A stretch of 64,000 nt of DNA from Octopus sinensis (GCF_006345805.1 NC_043002.1:106888001-106952000), one strand, 5' to 3'; positions 48,835 to 62,591 are shown, numbered from the stretch's first letter. Notes: a model not told the origin generated them from the sequence alone. Translations and numbers: made by a program.

Positions 48835-51155
48835 CCGATACATTAGGAAGGGAATCTAACTGTAGAAACCATGCCAAAACAGACTCTGGAGCTTGGTGCA
48901 GCTCTCCAGCCTTGCCAGCTCCTGTCAAACCATCCAACCCATGCCAGCATGGAAAATGGACATTAAATGATGATGATCGTCTTTTCTTCACTGCATTCTT
49001 TTTAATTCATTTTTTAACCCTTTAGCATTCGGATTACTCTGCTAAATATTTATTTATTTTGTTTTAATTTAATCCTGCTTTATCTTGTAGCCTTGAGATT
49101 TCGCTTGTGTGATAGTATATTTTTGGAATGGCATTACAGTGTAGGTGTGAGAGACAGGATCTAGCTGGTTTGAACACGAAACGAGTATTTGGGCCAGATC
49201 CGGCCAGTTTAAATGCTAATAATGGGTTTAAGCATTAAAAAGCTACTTTGAAAGAATGCAGCTAACACTGTATAAGTCAATAATATTTTAATTATTTCAA
49301 CTACAGGAGACAACTTCAGACATGTTTTGATCTTATTAGACCTCCTCAGTGAAGCATAGACTTGTGCATGCAGAAATAAAAATGAGAGAACCACTAATTA
49401 AATGTACAATGTAGCAGACAAGAATATGAAATAATTAACAAGCTTAAAATTAGGTACAAACTAACAGAGCATATGAAGGCATCAAATGATCATTTCTTAG
49501 AATTCTGGGTTTTGTAATAAAAACTACTACAACATTCAGTCCCATCTCACAGTAAGCAGTTATCCTGCATGGTCTCCTCTAAGCATGCAACTTAACCAAA
49601 TGTACAAAGCTATTATATCCACAGAGAACATTAGAACTTGGAGGAAAACCCTACCAGTTTGTAGATGAAATACTTGGAATGATAGAATATGGCACTTCTC
49701 TACTTCATCCATTGATTTAATTAGACAAGGCCAGTTGTAGCGATGGAAGATGGGATGATGTCTTGATCAAATGACTTATTCAAAACTTTTATTTAATAAA
49801 CCGTGAAGAGATGAAGGACAAAGTTGAAATCAGTGAAACTTTGAATGAAATACTACAGAGTATTTAGTCCATAATTCATCATCATCATCGTCGTTGTTTA
49901 ACATCTGCTTTCCATGCTGGCATGGGTTGGACGGTTTGACCGAAGATTGGCAAACCAGGAGGCTGCACCAGTCTCCAATCTGATCTGGCAAAGTTTCTAT
50001 AGCTGGATGCTCTTCCTAACACCAACCACTCCCAGAGTGTAGTGGGTGCTTTTACGTGCCACTGGCATGAGGACCAGTCACACGATACTGGCATTAAGGC
50101 AGCAAACTGGCAGAAACGTTAGCACGCCGGGCGAAATGTGTAGCCGTATTTCGCCTGCCGTTACGCTCCGAGTTCAAATTCCGCTGAGGTTGATTAAATA
50201 AGTACCAGTTACGCACTGGAGTCGATATAATCGACTTAATCCGTTTGTCTGTCCTTGTTTGTCCTCTCTGTGTTTAGCCCCTTGAGGGTAGTAAAGAAAT
50301 AGGTACTGGCATTGACCACACTCAAAAAGTGTTTTTTACGTGCTACCTGCACGGGAGCCAGTCCGGCTACACTGGCAACAGCCACGCATGAATGTTGTTT
50401 TTCATGTGCCACCTGCACATGTGCCAGTAAGAAGATGCTGGTAACGATCATGCTCAAATGGTGCTTTTTACGTGCCACCGGCATGGGAGCCAGTCAATGG
50501 CCCTGGCAATGATCGGGCTCAGATGGTGCTTAATGAAAATAATCTATAAAGTATCATTGTGAATGTACTCTTTACCAAATGCCCACAGCTGGTACATTCA
50601 CTGAGAAAAGTTGAAGGACTCAGAGGAGAAAAAGCAGTCCTGCAGTCATTATGTTTCCTAGGAATTCCAAAATTGGTGAGAGGAAAATAAGAAGGGGAAA
50701 AGTCCCACCATTAAAGGGTTGTTAGAGTAGGAATTAGAGTATCAAAATATCGAGTTATCTTTAGACCTGATTTGAATGGTTGCAGAAGCATAGATTCTTC
50801 TAAAAGGTATTTAATAACCAAAGTAGATTAAGTTCACATGCCAAAAACAGGTACACTCCATCCAACATGCTTTCAGTGTAGTTTTCATCAGCCCAACATC
50901 TCTCACAAACTTTGGGTCAATGCAAGGCTACAATTGAAAACATTTGTCCAGAATGCTGCTCAGTGTGAAATAGGACTCAAAATCACATAATTACAAAACG
51001 AAATTCTAAATTAAACAAGTAATTAAGTTATCTAATTTTAAAGCTTATATTTTCAATAGAAAATTGAGAAAAAAGACTATCAAATACACTTGTAAAAATC
51101 TTAATAAATTTCAATGTACTCTTAATAAAAGTACCATCATAAAATAAGCCCTTAC

Positions 51156-51344
51156 TTTGCACTCCGAGGAAATTTGTTTGGTGAGGGGAGGGGAATCCAC
51201 TTCGGACAGCTGGATTTTAGCTCGCCGCTTTTTCCTTTTTTCTCGTTTTAGCTCTCGTTTTTGTTCACGTAGTCGTTCCTCTTCGAGTAGTTCTTCACAC
51301 ATTAGTTCCAAGTTAGACACTCCCTGCTTTCGTTCCAATTCCAT
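51156..51344 (-). CDS. GGNBP2: GGNBP2 coding exon (coiled-coil/basic NLS-like)
   Basis: aacag|ATG...AAA|gtaag; MELERKQGVSNLELMCEELLEEERLREQKRELKREKRKKRRAK...; phase 0-0. Confidence 0.93.
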
Positions 51345-51814
51345 CTGTTAAGACAAGAATAGATAAAATGAGAAAATAGTGAAACAGAAAATTCTTCACT
51401 AAGAATATAAGACAAAAACTTCTTTATTATAAAACGTGGCGGATGCCAGCGCCGCCTTGACTGGCTTCTGTGCCGATGGCACATAAAAAGCACCAACCGA
51501 TCGTGGCCGCTGCCAGCCTCCCCTGGCACCTGTGCCAGTGGCACGTAAAAAGCACCCACTACACTCACGGAGTAGTTGGCGTTGGGAAGGGCATCCAGCT
51601 GTAGAAACACTGCCAGATCAAATTGGAGCCTGGTGCAGCCTCCTGGCTTCCCAGACCCTGGTCGAACCGTCCAACCCGTGCTAGCACGGAAAACGGACGT
51701 TAGACGATGATGATGAAAGACAGAAAAAAAGAGCATTTTTACAAGGCCCCAGCAACAGTGCTTTTTACATGAAGCACAAATTGATCAGGTGGAATTTAAA
51801 CTGAGGACAGTAGT

Positions 51815-52040
51815 AGTAGTCGTAGGTATCCATTGGTCTTGAGAGGCTATGGGTCTGCCTCCAAAGAAACCATGCCAGCTGCTGATAGTGGTGCAGCATC
51901 TGTTATGGCTGTACAGGCCAACACGAGAGTTGCAGCCATGCATTCACCAACAGCATTTGAAGGAGCTACTCATTTCTCCTTCCGTTGAGCGTGCTTTTCT
52001 TTGATGGCGAGTTCCTGTTTTTCTTCCGCTCTCTTCATAC
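51815..52040 (-). mobile_element. RTE-BovB-like LINE 3' end interrupted by a SINE
   Basis: Decayed C-terminal CNSRVGLYSHNRCC motif and a short tandem tail. Confidence 0.6.
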
Positions 52041-52537
52041 CTATTTCTTTATTACCCACAAGGGGCTAAACACAGAGGGGACAAACAAGGACAGACATAG
52101 GTATTAAGTCGATTACATCGACCCCAGTGCGTAACTGGTACTTAATTTATCGACCCCGAAAGGATGAAAAGCAAAGTTGACCTTGGCGGAATTTGAACTC
52201 ACAACGTAACGCAGACAAAATACCGCTAAGCATTTTGCCCGGCGTGCTAACGTTTCTGCCAGCTCGCCAGCTCTCTTCATACCCTTTCATAGTATTTGCC
52301 TCCAGTGTGGGTGATTATTTGCAACCTCCTCTTATCTCAGGAAGTCCAGATCAAATGACTTCATATCTCTCTTACAGACATCTTTGAAATGAAGACAGGG
52401 ATTCATTAAATATGACAAAGTCACTAAACCCCAACAACATAAGCATTAGGCTCGGAAGTACAAATATCTGACCCCAAAGCTTCCACATGATTTCAAAACA
52501 CATTTCAACAATTTAAGGATTTTGATTTGGGACTTAC

Positions 52538-52715
52538 CTCAAAGCCTTTCTTCAAGGCATTAATTCCTAAATAAAACAATATCTGCCAAGTTTGCTCTTC
52601 AGCTTTTAATTCCCGCCATATTCGATACATTCTTTCATGTAGATGGATGCCAAGGCAAGTAAGGACCTCTTCCTGGGCAATGTCAAGTGTTTTTGCATGT
52701 CTATCACGTCGGCTA
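52538..52715 (-). CDS. GGNBP2: GGNBP2 coding exon
   Basis: ttcag|TAG...GAG|gtaag; RRDRHAKTLDIAQEEVLTCLGIHLHERMYRIWRELKAEEQTWQILFYLGINALKKGFE, the most conserved GGNBP2 block; alternative acceptor would start at 52712. Confidence 0.95.
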
Positions 52716-53086
52716 CTGAAGAAAGAAAAAAAAATTCAGATAAAACAATAAAAATTGAAAAAAAAAAAAATATATATATATATATATAAATAAATAAATC
52801 TCAAAAACGTTTTATCAATAAGATTTTTTTTTGTTTTTCAAAATGCTAACAAAACCTCAGTCATGTATTTTAAAGAGAATAATGAGAATATATCTAAAAA
52901 GCAATATAAATAACTAGCATTTCGTAGAAAAGCCCTTAAATAGAGATATATAAGGAGTTTAGTTGGAATGTGTACATTGGATTCTTTTACTGAAAACCCT
53001 AGCTTATCCAGCCGGTCACTTCAGCATTTACTCACAAGGTTGAGTGCACCAATTGTTATTGGTCATCATCATCATTTAACATCATG

Positions 53087-53261
53087 CGCAGGAGTGGCTG
53101 TGTGGTAAGTAGCTTGCTTACCAACCACATGGTTCCGGGTTCAGTCCCACTGCGTGGCATCTTGGGCAAGTGCCTTCTGCTATAGCCTCGGGCCGACCAA
53201 TGCCTTGTGAGTGGATTTGGTAGGCGGAAACTGAAAGAAGCCTGTCGTATATATGTGTATG

Positions 53262-53309
<48 letters not shown>

Positions 53310-53330
53310 ATATATATATATGTGTATGTA

Positions 53331-53402
<72 letters not shown>

Positions 53403-53590
53403 TCCCCCTAGCATTGCTTGACAACTGATGCTGGTGTGTTTACGTCCCCGTCACTTAGCGGTTCGGCAAAAGAGACCGATAGAATAGGTACTGGGCTTAC
53501 AAAGAATAAGTCCCGGTGTCGATTTGCTTGACTAAAGGTGGTGCTCCAGCATGGCCGCAGTCAAATGACTGAAACGAGTAAAGAGTAAGA
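53087..53590 (+). mobile_element. SINE family A with expanded internal microsatellite
   Basis: Family A; long (TA)n(TG)n interior. Confidence 0.9.
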
Positions 53591-54614
53591 GTATGGATTG
53601 GACAGTCTGACATGAGGTGGCAGGGCAGAGGACTGTGCCAGGCTCCAATTGTCTGCTTTCGCATGGTTTCCATGGCTTGATGCCCTTCCTAATGCCAGCC
53701 AGGGGTCACCAAGTAACTTGCAAAACAAAGGCCCCCTCAACAGAGAGGGTGAGTAGTATTGAGGGAGATGGCTTTGTGCTAGTATAATAGGGGGATAGAG
53801 AATAGGTGTTTTGCTGCAGAGGAGAGACATGGTTACTCTGGGGAGATGAAACCAGTAATTAGAGATGGGGATGAGGTGACTGTAGCAAGTGATAGTGGCG
53901 GGGCTATTGTAGATATGTAGAGTGAATTGAGACTGATGGCAAAATAAGGGGTGTTAAAGATGGAGTAAAGGAGAGGGGAGATGGGGAGAGCAATGGTTGA
54001 AGGCGCCGAAAGGAGGTAACTTGAGGAAATAGAGAGCAAGGAAGGTAATGAGAGATGGAAGTCATTTGTTTTAAGGGAGGGTCTGTAGTATGTGCTTATT
54101 CTCTTCACAGGTGATTGCAGCAGCCAAGTAGTACCATAGATAGAGAAGTGGTGAGTGTTAGGGGAAGAGATGTTAGGGAAGTACTTGACAGAAAAAAAAA
54201 AAAATGTGGAGCTGAGGCAGGTCACTGTATGTATAAGCATACCAAGGTGGTTTTAGGATATCATTTATGCTGGGCTGGTCTTCTCGAGCACAGTAAAATG
54301 CCAGGTATCTTGGTCTCTTATTTTCTCTGTGAGGCTCAGCATCTTGTGATCAGCTTTCAATATTTCATTCTGTCTGGCACCTGTGCAGGTGGCACGTAAA
54401 ATGCCAGCTCTGTCTGGCACCTGTGCAGGTGGCACGTAAAAAGCACCCACTACTCTCACGGAGTGGTTGGCGTTAGGAAGGGCATCCAGCCGTAGAAACA
54501 CTGCCAGATCTGACTGGGCCTGATGTAGCCTTCCAGCTACACAGACCCCAGTTGAACCGTCCAACCCATGCTAGCATGGAAAACGGACGCTAAATGATGA
54601 TGATGATGATGATA

Positions 54615-55050
54615 TCTTCCTCAGTCTCCCCCTTACACAAGTTCCAATCATGTTGAGAGACTGATGCTTCTTTATGCAACTGTCGCCATCCATATGCATC
54701 ACATGACCATACCAACGCAGTCTTGTGCACATCTGATGCCTCTTATACCCAATTTCTCTCTTAATTCGTTTACACACCGTTGTACATGCACACTGACATT
54801 ACCCATCCAGCAGAGCATGCTGGCTTCATTTCTTTCAAGCTTTCACATGTCCTCAGTGTTCATGACCCATGTTTCATTGCCGTGTAGCATAGCTGTCTAT
54901 ACACAGGCATCATACAATCTGCTCTTCACTGAGGCAGAGGCCCCTTTTGTTACCAACAGAGGTAACAGCTCTCTGAACTTTGCCCCAGATGGTTCTGATT
55001 CGAGCAACTATGCTTTCACAACATCCTCCTCCACTGCTGATTTGGTCACC
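54615..55050 (-). mobile_element. RTE-type LINE fragment
   Basis: RLRWYGHVMHMDGDSCIKK...GTCVRGRLRK in track ORF 54571-54777. Confidence 0.75.
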
Positions 55051-55298
55051 TATGGTACCAGAATCTATTTGGAATCCTTTCAGTTACTGTCACAGATTTG
55101 GAAATTTTAAATTTAAGTGAAAATTTTCAAATTTGGTATCTTGATGTAATTCTTCTTGCTGAATTCAAATTTGGGATTCATTTATTCTCTGGACTATGTT
55201 AGAGAGATTCCAGAAGTTCAAAGTTTTACCATATTTAGTCTAATCAAAAAAAAGAAATCGAAAGTTGGCAATGCCTTAAATTGTTTTAACTATTTATT

Positions 55299-55742
55299 CA
55301 TCATCATCATCATCGTTTAACGTCTGCCTTCCATGTTAGCATGGGTTGGACGATTTTGACTGAGGGCTGGTGAACAAGATGGCCGCACCAGGCTCCAATC
55401 TTGATCTGGCAGAGTTTCTACAGCTGGATGCCCTTCCTAACGCCAGCCACTCCGAGAGTGTAGTGGGTGCTTTTTACGTGCCACCGGCACGGGGGCCAGT
55501 CAGGCAGTACTGGCAATGACCTCGCTCGAATCTTTTTACACATGCCACCGGCACAGGTGCCAGTAAGGCAACGTTGGTAAAGATCACGCTCGAATGGTGC
55601 CCTTTTACATACCACCGGCATGGAGCCAGTTGGCTGCTCTGGCAACGATCACACTCGGATAGTGCTCTTGGCACCCTACTAGCACGGGCACAAGTGCCAG
55701 TAAGGCGACGCTGGTAACGATCACTCAAATGGTGCCCTTTTT
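55299..55742 (-). mobile_element. (GAT)n-tailed retroposon family E with internal tandem GTGCCAC/AAAAAGCAC modules
   Basis: Many copies, e.g. 1095-1375, 3587-3780, 10278-10650, 12065-12296, 21618-21930, 28578-28870, 36136-36345, 37248-37565, 37831-38110, 42505-42726, 42763-42937, 51434-51716, 54370-54612, 57207-57610 and 59800-60148. Confidence 0.85.
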
Positions 55743-55924
55743 ATTGTTTATTACATTTAATATTTCATTTACAATACAAGATCAACATTTTATTAAAACC
55801 TATAAAATTTATTTTTCTCCGTTTGTAAATTATATGAACAAGCTAATTTGCAATAAGCGCACTAAAAAGAAAAGAGGAGTAGGTGTAAGAAGTGTAGAAA
55901 ACAGGGGCTCAGTTTGATGCTTAC

Positions 55925-56128
55925 CTGCCAGCTAGCTCTGGTTCAGCTCTACCAATGAGCCGAGAGAGAAATTCTGTATCACATTCAATATGTATATGCC
56001 TCTCTTGAGGACAACATCGCAAATGGTCATACAATGACGGACAATAGCCTTTTTCCTTCGTGTAGTCTACTTCACATATTAATATACCAAATGCACGCAA
56101 AACTTTAGATTTACATTCAGCACAAAAC
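55925..56128 (-). CDS. GGNBP2: GGNBP2 coding exon (Cys-rich region)
   Basis: tttgtag|G...AG|gtaagc; FCAECKSKVLRAFGILICEVDYTKEKGYCPSLYDHLRCCPQERHIHIECDTEFLSRLIGRAEPELAG. Confidence 0.95.
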
Positions 56129-58015
56129 CTACAAAAAAAAAAAAAAAGGAGAAAGTAAATAATAACCTAGTGTAATTTTAATGAAGTGCTGTATGATAAA
56201 GTAATTAAAATTGTCTGGAAAGCAATACAAAGTAAATTGGAAATAAGAGGAATAAAAACAAAAATAAGCTAAAACAGTGGTTTACACTTAATCTTATTTT
56301 ATGGAACAACAATAGCAATTCTAGGTACAAGGGCTGAAATTTTGTGGGAGGTGGCTAGCCAATTACATTGACCCCAGTACATGGCTGGTACTTATTATAG
56401 ACCCCATAAGTATTATAGACCCCATAAGTACTTATTATAGACCCCATAAGCAAAGTCAACCTCAACAGAATTCAAACTCAGAACATAAACATTAAGAGGG
56501 ATGAAACACAGCTAAGCATTTTGTCCAGCTCTGCCATATATATATATATATATATATTGCCTTTAACGTCTGTTTTGACTGAGAACTAGAGAGCCAGAGG
56601 CTGCACCAGGTTCCAATGTCATCTGGCAATGTTTCTACAGCTGGATGCCCTTCTTAACACCAACCACTCCAAGAGTGTAGTGGGTGCTTTTTAGGTGTCC
56701 ACTGGCATGGGAGCCAGTCAGGGGGTACTGGCATCGATCAGCTGGGAATAAAAATAGGGTAACTAGTTTTGGACCTCAATTGTCACCATTTCACTTGTAA
56801 ATGCTCTTCAAAAAGAGAGTGTCAACATCAATTTTACCTTCTCTTGTAAACATCACAGTTTTTTGCTTCTATGCTTTCATTAATAAATACCAAAGTAGAC
56901 CCCACTGCTGCTGGCACCACATAAAAAAGCATGTAGTCCAATCTGTAAAGTGATTGGCATTAGGAAGGGTCCCTAGCAGTCAAAAATATGCCTAAGTAGA
57001 CAATGAAGCTTCACACAGTGCACTGGCTTACCAGCTTCTGCAAAACCTTCCAACCCATACCAGCATGAAAGCCAGACATTAAGCAATGATGATGATGAAA
57101 CAGGTCAAATATGTTTACAGTTATGGTTATGCAGCATCTTGGGTGTCTGCTGCCCAGAGCCCAAGATCAATCTAAGCTCTGGAAATGAAATTCAACACAG
57201 AACATGTCATCATCATCATCATTATTTAATGTCCGCTTTCCATGCTGGCATGTGTTGGACAGTTTGACTGAGGACTGGTAAGCCAGTAGGCTGCACCAGG
57301 CTACAATCTGATCTGGCAAGGTTTCTACAGCTGGATGCCCTTCCTAATGCCAACCACTCCAAGAATGTAGTGGATGCTTTTTACAAACCACCAGCATGGG
57401 AGCCAGTCAGGCAGCACTGGCATCAACCATGTTCGTATGGTGCATTTTACATGCCACCAGTATGGGAGCCAGTCTGGAGGGACTGGCATCAACCACGCTC
57501 GAATGATGCTTTAACGTGTCACTGGCATGAGAGCCAGTCCAGAGAGACTGGCATCGACCATGCTCGAATGGTGTTTTTTAGATGCCACCAGCACAGGTGC
57601 CAGTCATGCGATATAACTGACATAATATTTGAAAAATCCATAGCACTTTATCACTACTTATTGTATTAAATGTGCTTTCCAACTGAAATTTAAATGCCTT
57701 GTCCAGAGTCACAGTCCTGGGCCAGAATGCTATTGACTGTCACTAATTTCTCCTGTAACATTATGGACTTCTACAACGGCAGCAGTAGCTGTCACATTTC
57801 TTGCTTGATCTGTAGTCATGAGATTTGGTTATAACCTATAAATTAATTAGATCCACTGTGAACAAATTAACATCAGTGACATAACTACCAAACCTTATTG
57901 AACACTAACTACACACCAAGTTTTTGACAGCTCACTAAACAGAAACTAATAGGAATAACTTTATAGCATTGATAAATAATGAGAAGTAGCAATATTTCAA
58001 GGTGTGTTTAGTTAC

Positions 58016-58126
58016 CGGTGTTTACGTAGATAAGCTTCCAAAGTATCTTGCAATCCGTCAACATCAACCAACACAACTTCTTCTCTGCACTCTTGTGATA
58101 ACAGATCCCATATATCAATCCAGCTA
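58016..58126 (-). CDS. GGNBP2: GGNBP2 coding exon
   Basis: tttag|T...CG|gtaac; SWIDIWDLLSQECREEVVLVDVDGLQDTLEAYLRKHR; phase matches both neighbours; TAGTAG tandem acceptor. Confidence 0.93.
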
Positions 58127-58210
58127 CTAAATTTAAAAACAAAAAAAAAAAAACCAATTATTTTCAAGCAGTGAAAGCAAAATATATATCAAAGAAAAGC
58201 AAAAATACAA

Positions 58211-58246
<36 letters not shown>

Positions 58247-58804
58247 TATTAGTTCCATAAAAAAAAAAAAGCCATATGCATTTTTGCTCTCTTTAGAATC
58301 AGAGCACAGGTGTGTCTGGTCAAGAAGTCAGCTTCACAGCCACATAGTTCCTATTGTAAAGCAGGACACCTTTCATCATAACCTAGCAACAAGTTTCCTC
58401 GTATTAGCGTTGTTTAAGTAGGCATGTCATCAAGGTAATCTACAAAAGGGCTTCATGGAAACAATCCTTCCGTTGATCAGAGAGAACAACTTAAGGAGAA
58501 TACATAGAGATAAATGTCACCATAGCACTATCCAAGATTAGTCTTAGCTTAATCTTATCAATCACATACTCTGACTACTTCAATCATTTTATCTGCATAT
58601 TTCTTGCAAAGACCTGTTGGGGCAAGTGAAATCGAAATCGGAATTGAACCAATCCTATGACTGGCACCCGGCAGATACCAGGACCCCTGGACAGGAGATA
58701 CGTAAAAAGCACTATCCAAATCGTGGCCGATGCCAGCTTCTGGCCATGCTGAGTGTGCACATGCACACAACCTATACATACATATATTACACACACACAC
58801 ACAT

Positions 58805-59275
58805 ATATTATGTTGAGTTAAAAGTTTTGCAATATTTTGGTAATTTATTTGCTTTATCCATCAATTTACAACAAAAGCAGCTGAGCATTCAAAGTCGAGG
58901 CCATTGTGTTGCATTGTCTGAAGCAACCCTTCTACCAGTTCTTTGATGCCATGCTGATACCCGTTCTTGTCCTTTGAGGTAAAGAACAACTCCATTGAAG
59001 CTTCTACCTCCTCTTGGTTGCTGACGTGTCTCAAGTGCAGCAACTAAGCAACAGATCAGAACAAGTAACAATCCAAGGGAAATATTCTTCCACAATCCAA
59101 ACAAGCATAAGCAGTGGTTTAGCAAGGGTCAGCTTCCAGAACCTGTCACCAAACATGAGCATTTTGAACACAAGGTGATGCTCTGCCTCTGGTGGGAAAA
59201 TAAGGGGATAATTCACAATAAGTTTGTTCTGGACAGTTGAGCCATCAATGCCAACCTCTACTCTGAAAATCAGCA
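58805..59275. mobile_element. Rearranged mariner transposase relic (two fragments in opposite orientation)
   Basis: Minus 58870-59040: FFTSKDKNGYQHGIKELVEG (C-terminus); plus 59080-59220: HNPNKHKQWFSKGQLPEPVTKHEHFEHKVMLCLWW (catalytic-domain motif). Confidence 0.75.
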
Positions 59276-60466
59276 AAAATACCCAATGTTAGTTAACCTG
59301 ATCCATTTAGATTGAGAAATCCTAGAATTTTGCAAGACTCCAACTCAGTCACTCTCTGTGGTTTGTGCTTGTACCAGGTCTTATTATTATTATTATTACT
59401 AGACACATGGCCTAGTGGCTACGACGTCGCACTCACGATCACGAGAGCGTGGTTTCAATTCCTAGGCCAGGAGGTGTGTTGTGTTCTTGAGTAAAACACC
59501 TCATCTCATGTTGCTCTACAATCACTTCGACACTCCACATGTGGTACACACCATCCACCGGTTCAGGCAACATCAATTTGAAGGACGGCATGAGCTAACG
59601 TACAGCACATACATTTGATCAATATAAACAAATCCTTTTGCAAAAGCTGACCACTCATACATCATCTTCAATGGGAGAGTCCATCATCATCATCATTGTT
59701 TAACATCCGCTTTCCACGCTGGCGTGGGTTGAACAGTTTGCTTGAGGACTGGCAAGGCAGGAGGCGGTACCAGGCTCCAATATGATCTAGCAAAGTTATG
59801 CCAGCCCCGCCTTGACTGGCTTCTGTGCCGGTGGCACATAAAAAGCACCATCTGAACGTGGCCGATGCCAGCACCGCCTCGACTGGCTTCTGTGCCGGTG
59901 GCACATAAAAAGCACCAACCGATCGTGGCCGATGCCAGACCCCTCTGGCACCTGTGCAGGCGGCACGTAAAAAGCACCCACTACACTCGCGGAGTGGTTG
60001 GCGTTAGGAAGGGCATCCAGCTGTAGAAACTCTGCCAGATCAGACTGGAGCCTGGTGCAGCCCCTGGCTTCCCAGACCCCAGTCGAACCGTCCAACCCGT
60101 GCTAGCGCGGAAAACGGACATTAAACGATGATGATGATGATGATGATGGATGCCATTCCTAACGCCAACCACTCTAAGGAGTGTAGTGGGTGCCTTTTAC
60201 GTGCCACTGGTATGTGGGTCAGTCAGGCGGCACTAGCATTGACCACACCCGAATGGTGCATTTTATGTGCTGCTGGCACCGGAGCCATCATTATTATTAT
60301 TATAACAACAACATCACAACAATAATTTAACACAGACACACAAACACAAATATAAAAGGGAAGTTTATCAAATCAATATCCAATACATTATTGGGTTTTT
60401 GTTTTGCTTTTTCCCAAAACTAAATACAACAGAACATTTAATAACAAAAGAAAACTTGACGCTTAC

Positions 60467-60565
60467 GCAAATGGCCTTGTTTTGTGTGTATCTAAGGAGT
60501 GAAGATTACATCGTTTATTTTTCTTGCTTTTTGGTATAGATTCCATCACAGAATTCAATTTTGCC
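60467..60565 (-). CDS. GGNBP2: GGNBP2/ZNF403 internal coding exon (first visible; upstream exons outside window)
   Basis: tttctag|G...GC|gtaagc; encodes AKLNSVMESIPKSKKNKRCNLHSLDTHKTRPF, matching the recalled GGNBP2 motif IPKSKKNKRCxLHSLDTHK. Confidence 0.92.
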
Positions 60566-61318
60566 CTAGAAAGGAAAAAAGAAAAAAAGAAAAGAAAAGC
60601 AATTACTATGTAGTAGTAGTAGTAGTAGTAGTCAATATAAATGATCAAAAGTAGTATTTAAACTTATGAGACTGAAATCAGAAATTCTGCAGACCCTCTT
60701 GGTGTTGCAGATCTCAACAAGTTTGACCCTTTTTAATACCATGCCACTGATGATCAATTCCTGGTTCTATGACAAACTTTCAGTTTATAGTGGCTTATAT
60801 TAAAATTTTCTTTTAAATTTCGAATTAATTTAGGCCTCAAAAAAACCCTTTAATAATGGTAAATATATTTTAATGAATTCTTCATTATTTGCAAAATTGA
60901 AATAAATAAAATGTATTTTAAAAGGAATATGGTAACAAAAGAGTTAATGAAGAAAATAAGCCTTTTTTTAAATTGAACCCAAAATTTCTTTATTGTAGAT
61001 AAAGAATTTGTGGAGACGCAATGGCTCAGTGGTTAGGGCAGCAGACTTGCAGTTGTAGGATTGCAGTTATGATTATCAGACCAGGCGTTGGGAGTGTTTA
61101 TTGAGCGAAAACACCTAAAGCTCCATGAGCCTCTGGCAGGGGGTGGTAGCGTAGGAGTGGCTGTGTGGTAAGTAGCTTGCTTATGAACCACATGGTTCCG
61201 GATTCAGTCCCACTGTGTGGCACCTGGGGCAAGTGTCTTCTACTATAGCCTCGAACCGACCAAAGCCTTATGAGTGGATTTGGTAGATGGAAACTGAAAC
61301 AAACCAGTCGTATATATA

Positions 61319-61359
<41 letters not shown>

Positions 61360-62375
61360 TTGTGTGTCTATGTTTGCCCCACACCCCAACATCGCTTGAC
61401 AACTGATGCTGGTGTGTTTACAACCCCATCACTTAGCGGTTCGGCAAAAGATACTGATAGAGTAAGTACTAGGCTTACAAAGAATAAGTTCTGGAGTCGA
61501 TTTGATCGACTAAAGGCGGTGCTCCAACATGGCCACAGTCACATGACTGAAAAGAGTAAGTTCAATCTCATTGAAGAGCACCTTAGGCCGAGCAAGGGGT
61601 CCATAGACCCACCCCACTACATTTTGTAAAACTGTCCTTGTAATTGTTTTATCATACGAACTTTAAATTCATCATGCATTTTTAATCGACCCCAGAAAAG
61701 CATTTTATTGTTGTAATCATTCGTGATTGTATTGTATGTTCTATGTTGCCCCTAGTGGGTAATAAAGAAATGTATAACCTCAAGTTAACCCAAGTCTTAT
61801 GGGTGAACAAGAGTTAACAGCCTGTGGAATGTACTGTACCCAAATCAGTTGCTGGGTTTAACACTACTGACAGGCCACTGGGTACAACTGGATACCACTA
61901 GATGTGAAGTTCACACTGTTGCAAGCATTCAGATCAAGTCTCCCATCTGAAAACGACGACGACAGAGATGCAAAGATGCAAAACCATGATTCATCATTTT
62001 GTCTTCCCCTTCCACCAGTCCTCCCCTTCCTCCTATCCTTTCTCCTCTGACGAAACTAAAAAAAAAAAGAAAAAAAAAATTTTTTTTTTCTTTCAATAGC
62101 AGAAAATATTTCCATCACAAAAAAAGTAGGTTGCAGTAGTGATGGTGGCAGGAGATGGCATCCCAACATCACTCATCGATGATATTAATGGAAGGAGTAG
62201 GGAGGCTTGGAATGCCTTAGCACTCAGCCTAGAATATCAGTAGGGTTTTATTGATTGGTAAGTTACCTCCTTCCTTTTTAGGTCATCAAAGTAATCTTTG
62301 ATTTAGTATATCTAGCAATCTCTTTATGCACCTCCTCTCTTCCTTTGAACACTAAATTGATATTTGTGCATATAT

Positions 62376-62412
<37 letters not shown>

Positions 62413-62591
62413 GTGGTTCCCTTATACACAATGCATCTAAAAAATAAATAAAATCCTGTGTAAATTTTGAGTTAATTCAGGCAGGTATTTTCAGCCAGAT
62501 AATTATATAAGAAAGTGAAATTAATCTAAACTTGATAAGACATAGCTATTAGTTCACTAAGTTCAGAAGCGGAAGCAGATGAGAACGGAAA

